This document shows positions 18,820 through 28,805 of a DNA stretch of 64,000 bases, in pieces (the stretch's first letter is position 1; each line of letters opens with the position of its first letter). The stretch is from NCBI GenBank assembly GCA_038046805.1, contig JBBSVO010000003.1, positions 158,542-222,541 on the forward strand, in the 5' to 3' direction. A program made the translations under genes and the position numbers. The notes under the pieces are model-generated. The model made no database searches and had not been told where the DNA came from. It saw only the letters and a list, made by a program, of their open reading frames with translations. The DNA comes from Candidatus Micrarchaeota archaeon. Lineage in GTDB: Archaea; Micrarchaeota; Micrarchaeia; Anstonellales; Bilamarchaeaceae.

Positions 18820-19320
18820 ATGCCTGAAATTTCTGAAGAACGAAAAAACGAGCTGAAGAATCCGATGGGCCGCATCATAACTTACTCTGAACTCCAGTTT
18901 ATATCCGGGAGATACAGAATTATTTCTGTAGGCGATATCTGCACTCTTGAACTTATTGCGCACGGAGTAACTCCATTCGTAGCAGTATTCGATTTCAAAT
19001 ATATGCGAAAACCGCTTGAGGCGGAAAAGGTGAAGATACTCAAAGAAAAGTTCAGAAGCCCCATTCACGTGACAAACGCTGCCGGAACAATATCGAAAAT
19101 ATCAGTCAGTGCGGCAAAAAAACTGCTAAAAAGTGAGAAAGGAGGGGCGATACTCGTTGATGGTGAAGATGACCTTGTTGCGCTTCCGTTTATCGCATTC
19201 GCGGACAGTAATACTGCAATAATTTACGGCCAACCAGATAAGGGAATGGTTTTTGTGCCGCCTGGAAGCGGCGCTGAGAAAAAGGCTAAGGAGATTCTAA
19301 AGGAGATTGGACTTTTGTGA
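18820..19320 (+). CDS. GTP-dependent dephospho-CoA kinase family (DUF359)
   Basis: LKNPMG, SVGD, NAAGTIS, VDGEDDLVALP, YGQPDKG; true start ATG 18820. Confidence 0.85.
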   Translation: MPEISEERKNELKNPMGRIITYSELQFISGRYRIISVGDICTLELIAHGVTPFVAVFDFKYMRKPLEAEKVKILKEKFRSPIHVTNAAGTISKISVSAAKKLLKSEKGGAILVDGEDDLVALPFIAFADSNTAIIYGQPDKGMVFVPPGSGAEKKAKEILKEIGLL

Positions 19321-19428
19321 TATAAGCAGTTAGCTACTTGCTTTTAGCCACTGAGTGCAGATTTGAAATGTTTTCCGTTCCGCCAGTTACTAATTGATTC
19401 CCACTTATTCATTTGCTGTTATATTCGG

Positions 19429-19617
19429 CTAATCCCCGCCGCTTCCCTTTGTCAGGAAAAACATAGCAACAAACGATGCGAGCGTTGTTACAACCCCCAC
19501 GCCGACTTTTGTCATAAATTCATCATCTGGCCTTAGGGATTCCCAAAAATAGAACATGCCTACTCCAAATATTATTGCGATAATAAAAAGAACAACACGA
19601 ACAAAGGTTTTGGACAT
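19429..19617 (-). CDS. Small two-TM membrane protein
   Basis: GGTGA RBS; two hydrophobic helices. Confidence 0.7.
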   Translation of the reverse strand: MSKTFVRVVLFIIAIIFGVGMFYFWESLRPDDEFMTKVGVGVVTTLASFVAMFFLTKGSGGD

Positions 19618-19661
19618 AGAGATTTCACCATCAAGACACAAGACCGGGAATCGAAGACCGG

Positions 19662-19916
19662 CTACTGTGGTACCGGTCCGCCACCCATCTTTGTGACTAT
19701 AATTACATCTTCAACTGATTTTACGTTCTTGTACTGAACGCTCTTTTCCCTCAAGACCCTTTTTGCATCATCCTTGCTTGATGGAAGCTGTTCAATCAAA
19801 ATTCTTGAAACCTCTCCTGATTCGACATCCATGATAAAATCCTGGGCATCGCCGAGATACTTGCCGCCATCCGTCATGATATTCATCCCATACATCCTAG
19901 AGAGTCTTGTCGTCAT
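19662..19916 (-). CDS. PRC-barrel domain protein (possibly CdpB-type cell division protein)
   Basis: LSRMYGMNIMTDGGKYLGDAQDFIMDVESGEV...VKSVEDVIIV; GGTGA RBS. Confidence 0.8.
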   Translation of the reverse strand: MTTRLSRMYGMNIMTDGGKYLGDAQDFIMDVESGEVSRILIEQLPSSKDDAKRVLREKSVQYKNVKSVEDVIIVTKMGGGPVPQ

Positions 19917-20051
19917 ATTAATCACCAAGTAATTGTTTTCGTTGAGAGTCTATTGCGGAAAAGATATATAAAGATATCCGATTGGCCAGAAGCTTTGGGC
20001 TTTTGGCCTTGGGCTTTGGGCAGTTACAGTTTTCAGTTCCGAGTTCCAAAT

Positions 20052-20140
20052 AGAACGACGCATCGTTCTTGAGCACTTCAAAAACGACGTCTCGTTTTTG
20101 AGGATTTTAGAACGGATCGCCGTTCTAAAAGTGCTCGCGA
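20052..20140. repeat. Branched palindromic element, copy C, flanked by heptamer repeats
   Basis: AGAACGA-cgca-TCGTTCT, then GAGCACT/AGTGCTC enclosing TCAAAAACGA-cgtc-TCGTTTTTGA and TTTAGAACGG-atcg-CCGTTCTAAA. Confidence 0.8.
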
Positions 20141-20229
20141 AGGTTCTCTGCCCATTGCCCACAGCTCATTGCCAACTGCTAATAGCCAACCCATCACATT
20201 TTTATCTTTTACCTCTCTTAACCATTGCG

Positions 20230-21441
20230 ATGACTACTTTTCAGGATATTTTATCCAGGCCTTCTTTGTTCAATGACACTAATGTGTTATCCCCACATTA
20301 CGTGCCGGATACACTTCCATTCAGAGAAGCCCAGATAAAAGAAATAATGGAAACGGTTTCATCTGCATTGAGAGGACAAAAACCGAGAAATCTTTTTATT
20401 TATGGAAAAACCGGAACAGGTAAAACATGCTGCACAAAATACGTCATGGATAGATTCAATTCAAATTCTGAAAATAATGGTAAGGGCGGAATGATGCAAT
20501 ACATAAACTGCCGTATATATAATTCGCGCTACAGGGTTTTGCAGAAAGTAATGAAACAATTTGTACCTGAGCTTGAAAAAGCAGGATTCGGATTGCCATT
20601 TCTTTATGAAAAAATGATCGAAGTTGCAAGCAACGGAAAACAGCTGGTAATAGTTCTCGATGAGATCGATATGGTAAAGGACCTTGACGATATGATTTAT
20701 ACTATGACAAGGGCGAATGACGAAATAAAAAGCGGCGGGGGCGTAAGCATAGTCGGGATTTCAAACAAGCTCTCGTTCAAAAACGAACTTGACCCAAGAA
20801 GCAAGAGCAGCCTTTATGAAAACGAGATAGTTTTTCCACCTTATTCTTCAACACAACTTCAACAAATATTATTACAGCGTGCCACTCATGGATTTAGACC
20901 CGGTGTTGTTTCACAGTCTGCAATAAACTTAGCATCAGCGATTACTGCCCAGGAATGCGGGGATGCGCGCTATGCACTAAAACTTATAGCAAAAGCAGGA
21001 GAGATTGCAGAAGCTGCAGGAAAAATGCAGATAAATGATGAGGATGTAGAAGCCGCACGAAAAAAGGTTGATGCGGATATAGCCGCTGAGACGATTGCAA
21101 CGCTTCCATACAACCATCAGGTTGTTCTTTATGCTATCGCACATCTTTCCAAGGGTGGAAGCAAATATGCCAGACTTGATGGGATGGATGAAGGATTCTT
21201 GTTTTCCGGAGAGATTTACGAAGAATATGAACGTACGTGCAGACGTCTCGGAAAACGAGCAAGAAGCTCACGATGGTACAAAGAATATTTGACAGATCTG
21301 GAAATGCTTGGACTAATTATGACGACCCCTAGCGGGCGGGGGGTCCGTGGACATACCACTCTTGTTAAGCTGGGGCATTCTCCTTCTGAGATATTGACTA
21401 TAATTTCAAGAGGATTGAATTTTACCGGAGAAAGCGAATAG
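20230..21441 (+). CDS. cdc6: Orc1/Cdc6 replication initiator
   Basis: YVPDTLPFRE, GKTGTGKT, VLDEID, GDARYAL, C-terminal winged helix with SGRGVRG; start ATG 20230. Confidence 0.93.
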   Translation: MTTFQDILSRPSLFNDTNVLSPHYVPDTLPFREAQIKEIMETVSSALRGQKPRNLFIYGKTGTGKTCCTKYVMDRFNSNSENNGKGGMMQYINCRIYNSRYRVLQKVMKQFVPELEKAGFGLPFLYEKMIEVASNGKQLVIVLDEIDMVKDLDDMIYTMTRANDEIKSGGGVSIVGISNKLSFKNELDPRSKSSLYENEIVFPPYSSTQLQQILLQRATHGFRPGVVSQSAINLASAITAQECGDARYALKLIAKAGEIAEAAGKMQINDEDVEAARKKVDADIAAETIATLPYNHQVVLYAIAHLSKGGSKYARLDGMDEGFLFSGEIYEEYERTCRRLGKRARSSRWYKEYLTDLEMLGLIMTTPSGRGVRGHTTLVKLGHSPSEILTIISRGLNFTGESE

Positions 21442-21520
21442 CATATCAATGTTCAGAAAAAGTGAACAACTTGTTTAAAAATATGAACAAATTGTTTAAG
21501 AGAAGTAAACGAAAAAGCAC

Positions 21521-22243
21521 TCAAACCCTCAGCAAACTTCCTATTCCGTATCCGATTAGCGCGGAAACCATCCCGATTATCGCCATTTCCAATCCTTCTT
21601 TTTTCCAGTTTCCAATAGTGAGCTTTGCTTTTATCGCTCCGGCCACGAATAAAACGAGTATCGCAATACCTAAAGCAGACCACATTGCCAAAGAGACGGG
21701 CAAAACGAAAAATGGGACCACGGGAATAAACGAACCAACAAGCGCGGAAATACCAACTACGACTGCATCTTTTGCAGGCTTGCCTTCTTCCGGCTCGCTC
21801 ATGTTAAGCTCCTCGGACATCATAGTATCAAGCCATCTTTTCTTGTCACTGCAGATGGCATTCGCTATTGTTTCAAGCTCTTTTCCCTTGAAACCCTTTC
21901 GCATATAAAGAACCTTTATCTCCTCGCGCTCTATTTCCGGAAGCTCTTCGATTTCAAGTTGTTCCCGCTCGCGCTCGCTGTAATAATAATCCCGAGCTGC
22001 TTTTCCAGAGGTATATGCAACTGCGGCCATTGCAACGGATTCCGCAAAGGCAGCTGCTATTCCAGCAACAACAACTATGCGTGAATCATTTGTAGCCGAA
22101 GCTACGCCAAGCATCAAACCGAGAACATTGACTAAACCATCCTGCCCGCCAAGAATAACCTCACGAAGTGAACTGATATGGTTGTTCTTCTCGTTCTGCT
22201 CCCAATGCTCGCGAAGAGCCGGGGATAGGTCAAGTTCACGCAT
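21521..22243 (-). CDS. VIT1/CCC1 family Fe/Mn transporter
   Basis: LREVILGGQDGLV, ESVAMA, MMSEEL. Confidence 0.9.
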   Translation of the reverse strand: MRELDLSPALREHWEQNEKNNHISSLREVILGGQDGLVNVLGLMLGVASATNDSRIVVVAGIAAAFAESVAMAAVAYTSGKAARDYYYSEREREQLEIEELPEIEREEIKVLYMRKGFKGKELETIANAICSDKKRWLDTMMSEELNMSEPEEGKPAKDAVVVGISALVGSFIPVVPFFVLPVSLAMWSALGIAILVLFVAGAIKAKLTIGNWKKEGLEMAIIGMVSALIGYGIGSLLRV

Positions 22244-22381
22244 AAGGAAGCAACCATGTTTTAGATTAAAAAGGTTCTCACAGAAAGGCGCTTCACCCTC
22301 CGAGTTCGCGCGGATCACTACTGGGAAACAGATAGTTCTATTTTTATATTCTTTCGCACAGAGAAAGAAATATTAATTTTA

Positions 22382-22465
22382 GCTGGGGTCGCCTAGTCTG
22401 GTAGGGCGGCAGGTTGCTAACCTGTTGCGCGCAAGCGTCCGTGGGTTCAAATCCCTCCCCTAGCG
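22382..22465 (+). tRNA. tRNA-Ser(GCT), intronless
   Basis: GCTGGGG/CCCTAGC acceptor stem, GCAGG-TTGCTAA-CCTGT anticodon arm, long variable arm, GGTTCAAATCC, T-run downstream. Confidence 0.93.
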
Positions 22466-22570
22466 ATTTTTTATTCAAATCCAGAGATTCCACTGGTCCT
22501 TGACCTGTTGTTTTTGGCACTCACAGGCATCGGATTAAAATCAAGTGCGATTTCATATTGAATTGATAAG

Positions 22571-23293
22571 ATGGAACTTCCCAGATTAGTCTCTAACCCG
22601 TGGTTCTTGACAAGGCCGTTTCTCCTGTTAACAGGATTTTTTTTATTATTTATTCTGTTGAACTTGCAGAGTTTCCTGGATAATGTCTGGTTTTATGCCT
22701 CTGGTAGCGCGATTGCAATCGCAATAAAAGGCCAGTGGTGGTTTGCTGCGCTTAATATTGCAATTTTTTTATCTCTGTTGTTATTCCTAAATAGAAAAAA
22801 AGCAAATTGGAAGACACACGGTCTGTTTTCCGCATTCGTAATTTCTTTATTCGTGGAAATGTATGGTGCGGCGTTGGCGATTTATTTTCTGGCAGGCGGC
22901 CAGGCATCGGTTCCCAAAGATACGGCACACGAGGTATTATTTAGTTTAAACTTTTTTGGCATTACCCTTGGGTTTGATTTTTGGATGACCTTTGGAACAA
23001 TAGTGATTACAACGGGAATCGCGATAATTGCCATTGGCTGGTACCAGCTATGGAAATCTAGGAAAAAACTATTTACCGAAGGATTTTACAGATACTCCAG
23101 GCATCCGCAGTATATCGGATTTTTGTACACGATCTGGGGCTGGATGATCGCCTGGCCAACTATAACAACATTAATTTTTACCCCGATACTGACTATTGCA
23201 TATTTGTACGCAGCAAAAAAAGAGGAAGAACAGATTCTAAATGAGAATCAAGAATACGAATCTTATGCCAAAAAAACGCCATTTTTGATATAA
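22571..23293 (+). CDS. Isoprenylcysteine carboxyl methyltransferase/PEMT (Ste14) family membrane protein
   Basis: LFTEGFYRYSRHPQY, KKEE...YESYAKKTP. Confidence 0.85.
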   Translation: MELPRLVSNPWFLTRPFLLLTGFFLLFILLNLQSFLDNVWFYASGSAIAIAIKGQWWFAALNIAIFLSLLLFLNRKKANWKTHGLFSAFVISLFVEMYGAALAIYFLAGGQASVPKDTAHEVLFSLNFFGITLGFDFWMTFGTIVITTGIAIIAIGWYQLWKSRKKLFTEGFYRYSRHPQYIGFLYTIWGWMIAWPTITTLIFTPILTIAYLYAAKKEEEQILNENQEYESYAKKTPFLI

Positions 23294-23332
23294 TGGTGAA
23301 AAAACCGATAACGGAAACCCTGCGACAAACAA

Positions 23333-24496
23333 TTATAGTCCTCTCAAATCGCGTACAATCGAACCAGAGCGAACATCAAAAACAACCATTTCGCTATGAC
23401 GTTCGTCACCGTAACGAAGAACAAGCGCATCCGAATTCCCATCTCCTTTGGTTGAGCGCATTCTCAATGAAGCATGAACAAGACCATCGACATCAGGTAT
23501 ACCAGCAGACGGATTATACAACCTTGATAAACGTTCGGCAAAAAGATGAATACCAGCTCCACTTGCGACACGGGAAAGAGGGATATCTATGTCCAATTCA
23601 GATGCCCCGCTTAAAACACCAACTCGTCTTGCCACTCCGATTCCATCGCTTAATAAGACAGGGGTTCCGCACAATGAAAATCTGGATGGATTAAGAAAAG
23701 CGCCCTCGGAATTCAAAATACTCCATATTGCCGCCCTTAGCAAATCCTCTGGACCCGTATAAAGTGCTTCTTCGATTGGTCGCTGTTTTGCCTTTAGATC
23801 TACGCCTTCAGTTGAGAAAAAAGTTATACGCGCCAGTTCAAAATAAAGCGCAAACCCGCGAAGGAGACGTTCTTTTTCAGGTCCGAAGGATTCCATCTCG
23901 TCCAGAACATCCCTAAACATTTTAAGAGTCCGAAGGAAATACACATGTTTTGCCTGGATAACTGGATCAACTGCATCTTCCATGATTGGCGGAATAATTC
24001 TTTGATCAGTAACCGCACCAAAAACATTTCCCTCCAAAAGGGCTTGAAAAGAACTTTCGAGCACGGCTCTGAAAAATGATGGATCCCTGAATTGAATATT
24101 TACAAACCGGCTTCTTGATGCAGAGCAAAGAGACCGTAGGATTTCTGAATCCGTTGTTTGTAACGCACGCTCAAGAAGAGCGCTGGAAGCCCCAAGTTCT
24201 CTCAGGCTAAGAAAACCAAAATTGTACATCGCGAAGGCTGTAATATGGGACTCAACGACGCCCTCGGTCAAAACCCTTGCCGTATGCCCTCTGGACAACC
24301 AGCTTTGAACAAGAAGTTTGTCGCTGCGCGGAACCAACCTCAATCTTCTGCTCGTCCCTTCTTCTATGGCTGCAGCTCGCATGCAGTAAGGTCCAATCGC
24401 ATGGGTATCCTTTGCCACCCGGGCGATGTTGTGGTATAATCCTGCAGTCAAACCCCGCGGCTCGGATATAGGTTCGGCTGGATGTTTAAACGTCAT
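23333..24496 (-). CDS. Hypothetical protein
   Basis: 387-aa ORF with TTTTAAA box upstream; no motif recognised. Confidence 0.65.
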   Translation of the reverse strand: MTFKHPAEPISEPRGLTAGLYHNIARVAKDTHAIGPYCMRAAAIEEGTSRRLRLVPRSDKLLVQSWLSRGHTARVLTEGVVESHITAFAMYNFGFLSLRELGASSALLERALQTTDSEILRSLCSASRSRFVNIQFRDPSFFRAVLESSFQALLEGNVFGAVTDQRIIPPIMEDAVDPVIQAKHVYFLRTLKMFRDVLDEMESFGPEKERLLRGFALYFELARITFFSTEGVDLKAKQRPIEEALYTGPEDLLRAAIWSILNSEGAFLNPSRFSLCGTPVLLSDGIGVARRVGVLSGASELDIDIPLSRVASGAGIHLFAERLSRLYNPSAGIPDVDGLVHASLRMRSTKGDGNSDALVLRYGDERHSEMVVFDVRSGSIVRDLRGL

Positions 24497-24602
24497 ACGG
24501 GATTACAATGTGGTAAAGGATTTAAAAACAGATAGTACACAAAAGCGGAACAAACAAAACCCGAAACCGGATTTTCACGGAAACCGGAAACTGAAAACGC
24601 AA

Positions 24603-25799
24603 CTAAGCCAGCTCCCCGCACCCCGCGAGTCTCCATCTCTGTCCAAGCTTTCTACATAGCGCAACTTTTGATGATTTTTCAACAATCATCATCTTCTTGA
24701 GCTTGATAGTTGCAGTTCCTTTTGCAAGGGCGGTGATAACCCCTACATTGGTAGAGGTGCTTGCATTTACAACGACTGCTTCGCCTTGCTTGAATGGAGG
24801 ATTCTCCATATCGGTTCTTTTCAAAAGCTGATATTTCAGTTTTATTGTGTCAACTGGTTCGGGTAGTTCCCCTGGAGTCCCTACGACTGAACCAATAAGC
24901 GCATCTGATTTTGTAAGTGCTGGATCAATAAGCGTACCAACTGCCACAAGACCCCCAGGTAACGCCTCCTCGAGATCATCATTTTCTTTTCTTAGGGCAA
25001 CAACCTCGAGAGTTATTGGGGTCGGTTTTGCACCTTCTTTTTTCACAATTCCTGGACTGAGTTCTATCTTATCGCCAACCCTGAGTGATCCGCGAACAAC
25101 AGAACCACCTATAATTCCACCATGAAGCTTTGAAATCGGAGTACCGGGCTTATTGATGTCAAAAGAACGTGAAACGAACATTCTGAGCTTAGCATTCTTG
25201 TCACGTTTTGGTGTGGGCAGATATTTTTCAATCGCAGCAACAATTTCACCCAGATTTATTCTATAGTTTGCTGCAACAGGAATAATCGGTGCATTCTCTG
25301 CTACAGTGCCTTTTAGAAAACCTTTTATTTGATTATAATTTTCAATTGCCTTTTCTTTGCTGATAAGGTCAACTTTTGTCTGGACTACTATTACATTCTT
25401 TATTCCGAGAAGACCAAGAACCATCAAATGTTCCGTTGTCTGCGGCTGAGGACATTGCTCATTCGCAGCAATAAGGAAAAGAGCTCCGTCAATTATACTA
25501 GAGGCAGATATTGCAGTAGTCATCAGGGTTTCATGACCCGGGGCATCAAGAAAGGAAATTTTGCGCTTAAGCTCTCCGTTGGTGCCACAACCCTCGCATT
25601 TCTCAGAAAACGAATACGAATCGCATTTCGCACAGAAGTAGACAGACGCTTCCGCATACCCAAGCCTGATGGAGATTCCTCGTTTTATTTCCTCGCTATG
25701 AGTGTCTGTCCACTTGCCAGTTAAGGCATGAGTGAGTGTTGTCTTTCCATGGTCGACGTGCCCAAGAATTCCAATATTCAGTTCAGCCTGCAAAACCAT
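24603..25799 (-). CDS. eif2g: Translation initiation factor aIF-2 gamma
   Basis: QAELNIGILGHVDHGKTT, RGISIRLGY, DAPGHE, CPQPQT; start ATG 25799. Confidence 0.96.
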   Translation of the reverse strand: MVLQAELNIGILGHVDHGKTTLTHALTGKWTDTHSEEIKRGISIRLGYAEASVYFCAKCDSYSFSEKCEGCGTNGELKRKISFLDAPGHETLMTTAISASSIIDGALFLIAANEQCPQPQTTEHLMVLGLLGIKNVIVVQTKVDLISKEKAIENYNQIKGFLKGTVAENAPIIPVAANYRINLGEIVAAIEKYLPTPKRDKNAKLRMFVSRSFDINKPGTPISKLHGGIIGGSVVRGSLRVGDKIELSPGIVKKEGAKPTPITLEVVALRKENDDLEEALPGGLVAVGTLIDPALTKSDALIGSVVGTPGELPEPVDTIKLKYQLLKRTDMENPPFKQGEAVVVNASTSTNVGVITALAKGTATIKLKKMMIVEKSSKVALCRKLGQRWRLAGCGELA

Positions 25800-25804
25800 A
25801 AAAA

Positions 25805-26206
25805 TTACTTCTTTCCCTCTTTCTTTTCGCCTTCTTTCTTCGGGAACAAAGTCGCAAGATCTGTTGGACCCCATTCGACAACCTTTGCATTCACCTGCAT
25901 TGTTGCATCACTGTACGTATTGCCTCTAAGACTTTTCTTCCTTCGCTCCCCTTTGTCTGAAGCATGAAAACCAACACCATCGGAAATGATCGATTGAATC
26001 TTTCTTCCGCCACTTATATCAGAACGCATCGGAAATCCGCTTGTATCACTTCCACCAGTAAGCTCAAGCTGATAACCAGCAGCACCAAACACACCACCAT
26101 CGATCTTTTCGTGAATTTTCTTGCCAACGATGTGCGCTTCTTTTCCCTTTTCTACCTCCAATTGGTAGGATTTTCCACTTTTTGAATCAGATATTACTAA
26201 ACGCAT
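25805..26206 (-). CDS. rps6e: 30S ribosomal protein S6e
   Basis: LTGGSDTSGFPMR, GERRKKSLRGN. Confidence 0.96.
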   Translation of the reverse strand: MRLVISDSKSGKSYQLEVEKGKEAHIVGKKIHEKIDGGVFGAAGYQLELTGGSDTSGFPMRSDISGGRKIQSIISDGVGFHASDKGERRKKSLRGNTYSDATMQVNAKVVEWGPTDLATLFPKKEGEKKEGKK

Positions 26207-26282
26207 AGATACACCTCTAAATAGTTGCAGAAAAAGAGTTTGATAGAATGATTTTAAAAATGGTGCTGGAGACGAATTAAAC

Positions 26283-27770
26283 GTGGAAATTTACAACTCT
26301 TTGAGTAGAAAACTGGATTCGCTTGGCACGGGCGACGGAAAGGAACCAAACCTTATGTACGTCTGCGGGCTTACGCCATACGACCAAACACATATAGGAC
26401 ATGCAAGAACCTGTGCTGCGTTTGACACTGTGAAACGATATCTAAAACTGCGTGGCCACACGGTTTTTCATATCCAGAACATAACGGATGTTGAGGATAA
26501 AATAATAAATCGCTGCAAACAAACTGGCGCAGACCCGAAGAAACTGACTACTGAAGTTCACGAGGATGCATTACGACTTTTTGATAAACTTTCCATAATT
26601 CGGGCAGATGAATACCCAAAAGTAACTGAACATATCCCAGAGATAATAAAAATAATAAAACAGATAATGGAATGTGGTTATGCCTATGAAACAAAAACCG
26701 GAATTTACTTCGATGTTTCAAAATTCAAGAATTATGGTGCGCTCTCTGGACAGAAAATGGATGAGATATTAGCTGGTTCGCGAAAGGAAGTGGATGAAAC
26801 AAAAGACGACCCCTCGGATTTCGCACTATGGAAAAAAACAGATGGAGAACTTATTGAATTTGACTCCCCGTGGGGCAGAGGACGACCGGGGTGGCATATT
26901 GAATGCAGTGCAATGAGCCTAAAGTACGCGCGGGGCAAAGGAAAAACGACTATTGATATTCACGGTGGGGCGAGAGATTTGATATTTCCGCACCATGAAA
27001 ACGAAATTGCGCAGAGCGAGGCGGCAACAGGAAAAAAATTCGCAAGATTGTGGATGCACACTGGATTTTTGACCGTGGATGGGGAAAAGATGAGCAAGAG
27101 CCTTGGTAATTTTATCACCGTAGAAACTGCTCTTAATATGTTTGAACCGAATGCACTGCGCATGTTTTTTGCAATGACGCATTACAGAAGCCCGATAGAT
27201 TATAACGAGGATGCGATAAGGGCAGCAGGCGAGAGCGCGGAAAGGCTGCTCACCGCAAGCGGATTGATGGCAGAATCGGAAAAAGATGCGGAAAAGAAAA
27301 ATAAGAAAGATTCCGAATTCCGCAAGGAAACGGATAGGCTGCTAAAGGAATTCCATGAACATATGGAAAATGATTTTGATACTCCGAACGCGCTCGCGGC
27401 ATTGTTCAATTTCGTAAGGATTACAAACTCGCATTGTAATCAGGGGGAGGTTGACAAAATCCAGTTGAAGAAAATTAGTAAGGAACTTACCGCAGATATT
27501 TCCATTTTTGGGATTGTAGAAAGAATCTCTGAAGGAATTGAGGATAAAAAAGATGCATTGGTGGAAATTGCAGCCAGGTATCCTGAACAGGAGAAAGAAA
27601 AACTTGTCAGCAAAACCGCGGAACAACTTATTGAACTTATTTTAGAAATTCGAGACAATGCAAGGAAAAAGAAGCAGTTCGCTGTATCTGATGAAATAAG
27701 AAAAAGGCTCACCAGTATAGGCATTACGCTGGAAGACTCTGCAAAAGGACAAAAATGGAAGACAACGTAA
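26283..27770 (+). CDS. cysS: Cysteine--tRNA ligase
   Basis: HIGH, GRPGWHIECSAM, FPHHENE, KMSKS. Confidence 0.97.
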   Translation: MEIYNSLSRKLDSLGTGDGKEPNLMYVCGLTPYDQTHIGHARTCAAFDTVKRYLKLRGHTVFHIQNITDVEDKIINRCKQTGADPKKLTTEVHEDALRLFDKLSIIRADEYPKVTEHIPEIIKIIKQIMECGYAYETKTGIYFDVSKFKNYGALSGQKMDEILAGSRKEVDETKDDPSDFALWKKTDGELIEFDSPWGRGRPGWHIECSAMSLKYARGKGKTTIDIHGGARDLIFPHHENEIAQSEAATGKKFARLWMHTGFLTVDGEKMSKSLGNFITVETALNMFEPNALRMFFAMTHYRSPIDYNEDAIRAAGESAERLLTASGLMAESEKDAEKKNKKDSEFRKETDRLLKEFHEHMENDFDTPNALAALFNFVRITNSHCNQGEVDKIQLKKISKELTADISIFGIVERISEGIEDKKDALVEIAARYPEQEKEKLVSKTAEQLIELILEIRDNARKKKQFAVSDEIRKRLTSIGITLEDSAKGQKWKTT

Positions 27771-27816
27771 CAGAATAACGTAACAAGACAACGTAACGTA
27801 TCGAAAGTATCAACCG

Positions 27817-27873
27817 TTACAAAAACAGTAAGCCTTTTAAATAGAACCTAATTAACCATTACTACTTTTGTAA
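27817..27873 (+). promoter_or_regulatory. Putative promoter of the copper operon: TATA box between two inverted TTAC-N7-GTAA sites
   Basis: TTACAAAAACAGTAA (27817-27831) and TTACTACTTTTGTAA (27859-27873) match 13/15 as inverted copies; TTTTAAATA at 27835-27843. Confidence 0.6.
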
Positions 27874-27956
27874 AAGTTAAATGAAAAATTTATGATTGCG
27901 AGGTTTGTGTGGTTGCGACCACAAAACCATCAAACAAAATTTGAGGTGTATGAAAA

Positions 27957-28760
27957 ATGGCTGAGAAACCTGAAGAAAAAAAGAATGAAACGAAAATTGA
28001 GGAAACAACCCAACCACAGATTCCAATTCACTTTTACGTGATGCTCGGACTTTTGGTAGTTGTGCTTGCGTTCAACCAGTTTCAGATAATGGGACTTAGC
28101 TCGCAGATTGCTGCTCTTGGCAGTGTAGCTGCATCAACAGGCGGAAGCGCGTCTGGAGGTTCGTCTTCATCCGGAAGCAGTTCAAGCGGAACGGGTTCAT
28201 CTGCTGAACTAAGCGCAGAGCAGGTTTGGGAGAAGATAAAGCCAAGCGGAGTCCCTCCGGTTTACGGAAAGGAGCTTGGGGTAAACTATGATGACACGGT
28301 TGGCGCGCTTGGAAAGCTCGCTGCACTTGATGATAGCATTACATATAGCAGCCTTAATGAAAAGGCAAAAACAAGATACCTGAAAATCGGGTTTGCAATT
28401 GCATGTGAATACTGCTGTGGCGCAAAGTCGCTCATATTCTCAAATGGAGAAAAGGCATGTGGATGCCAGCACTCATATGCAATGAGAGGAATTGCCAAGT
28501 ATATCCTGAAGAACTATCCTGAAGAATTCACGGATGACCAGATAGTGGAGGAACTCGCCAAATGGAAGATGACATACTTCCCGAAGCAGCACATATCTAA
28601 GGCAATGGAATTCATGAAAGCAGGAATGCCGCTTAACGCGATGGATCTTGCCAGCCAGAAATACCGTGGATTCAAGGCATCAACAGCAAGCTCTTCTGGT
28701 AGCGGAGCAGCAACAGGTAGTGGGGCATCAAGCCTTCCGAACATGGTTGGGGGATGCTAA
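27957..28760 (+). CDS. Membrane-anchored Cys-motif protein (CEYCC...CGCQH; CcmH-like pattern) ending in SLPNMVGGC
   Basis: GAGGTG RBS; one TM helix; Gly/Ser linkers on both sides of the Cys domain. Confidence 0.8.
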   Translation: MAEKPEEKKNETKIEETTQPQIPIHFYVMLGLLVVVLAFNQFQIMGLSSQIAALGSVAASTGGSASGGSSSSGSSSSGTGSSAELSAEQVWEKIKPSGVPPVYGKELGVNYDDTVGALGKLAALDDSITYSSLNEKAKTRYLKIGFAIACEYCCGAKSLIFSNGEKACGCQHSYAMRGIAKYILKNYPEEFTDDQIVEELAKWKMTYFPKQHISKAMEFMKAGMPLNAMDLASQKYRGFKASTASSSGSGAATGSGASSLPNMVGGC

Positions 28761-28805
28761 GCTTGTTTCACGTTTTGAGTCTAGTGTCTAGGCGATGGTG
28801 AAATT

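Noticed and set aside
27759..27797. 13-bp duplication AAGACAACGTAAC at the cysS 3' end as an attachment site for the copper cluster
   Set aside because: The copies are only 26 bp apart and I found no partner copy at the far end of the cluster; more likely local slippage
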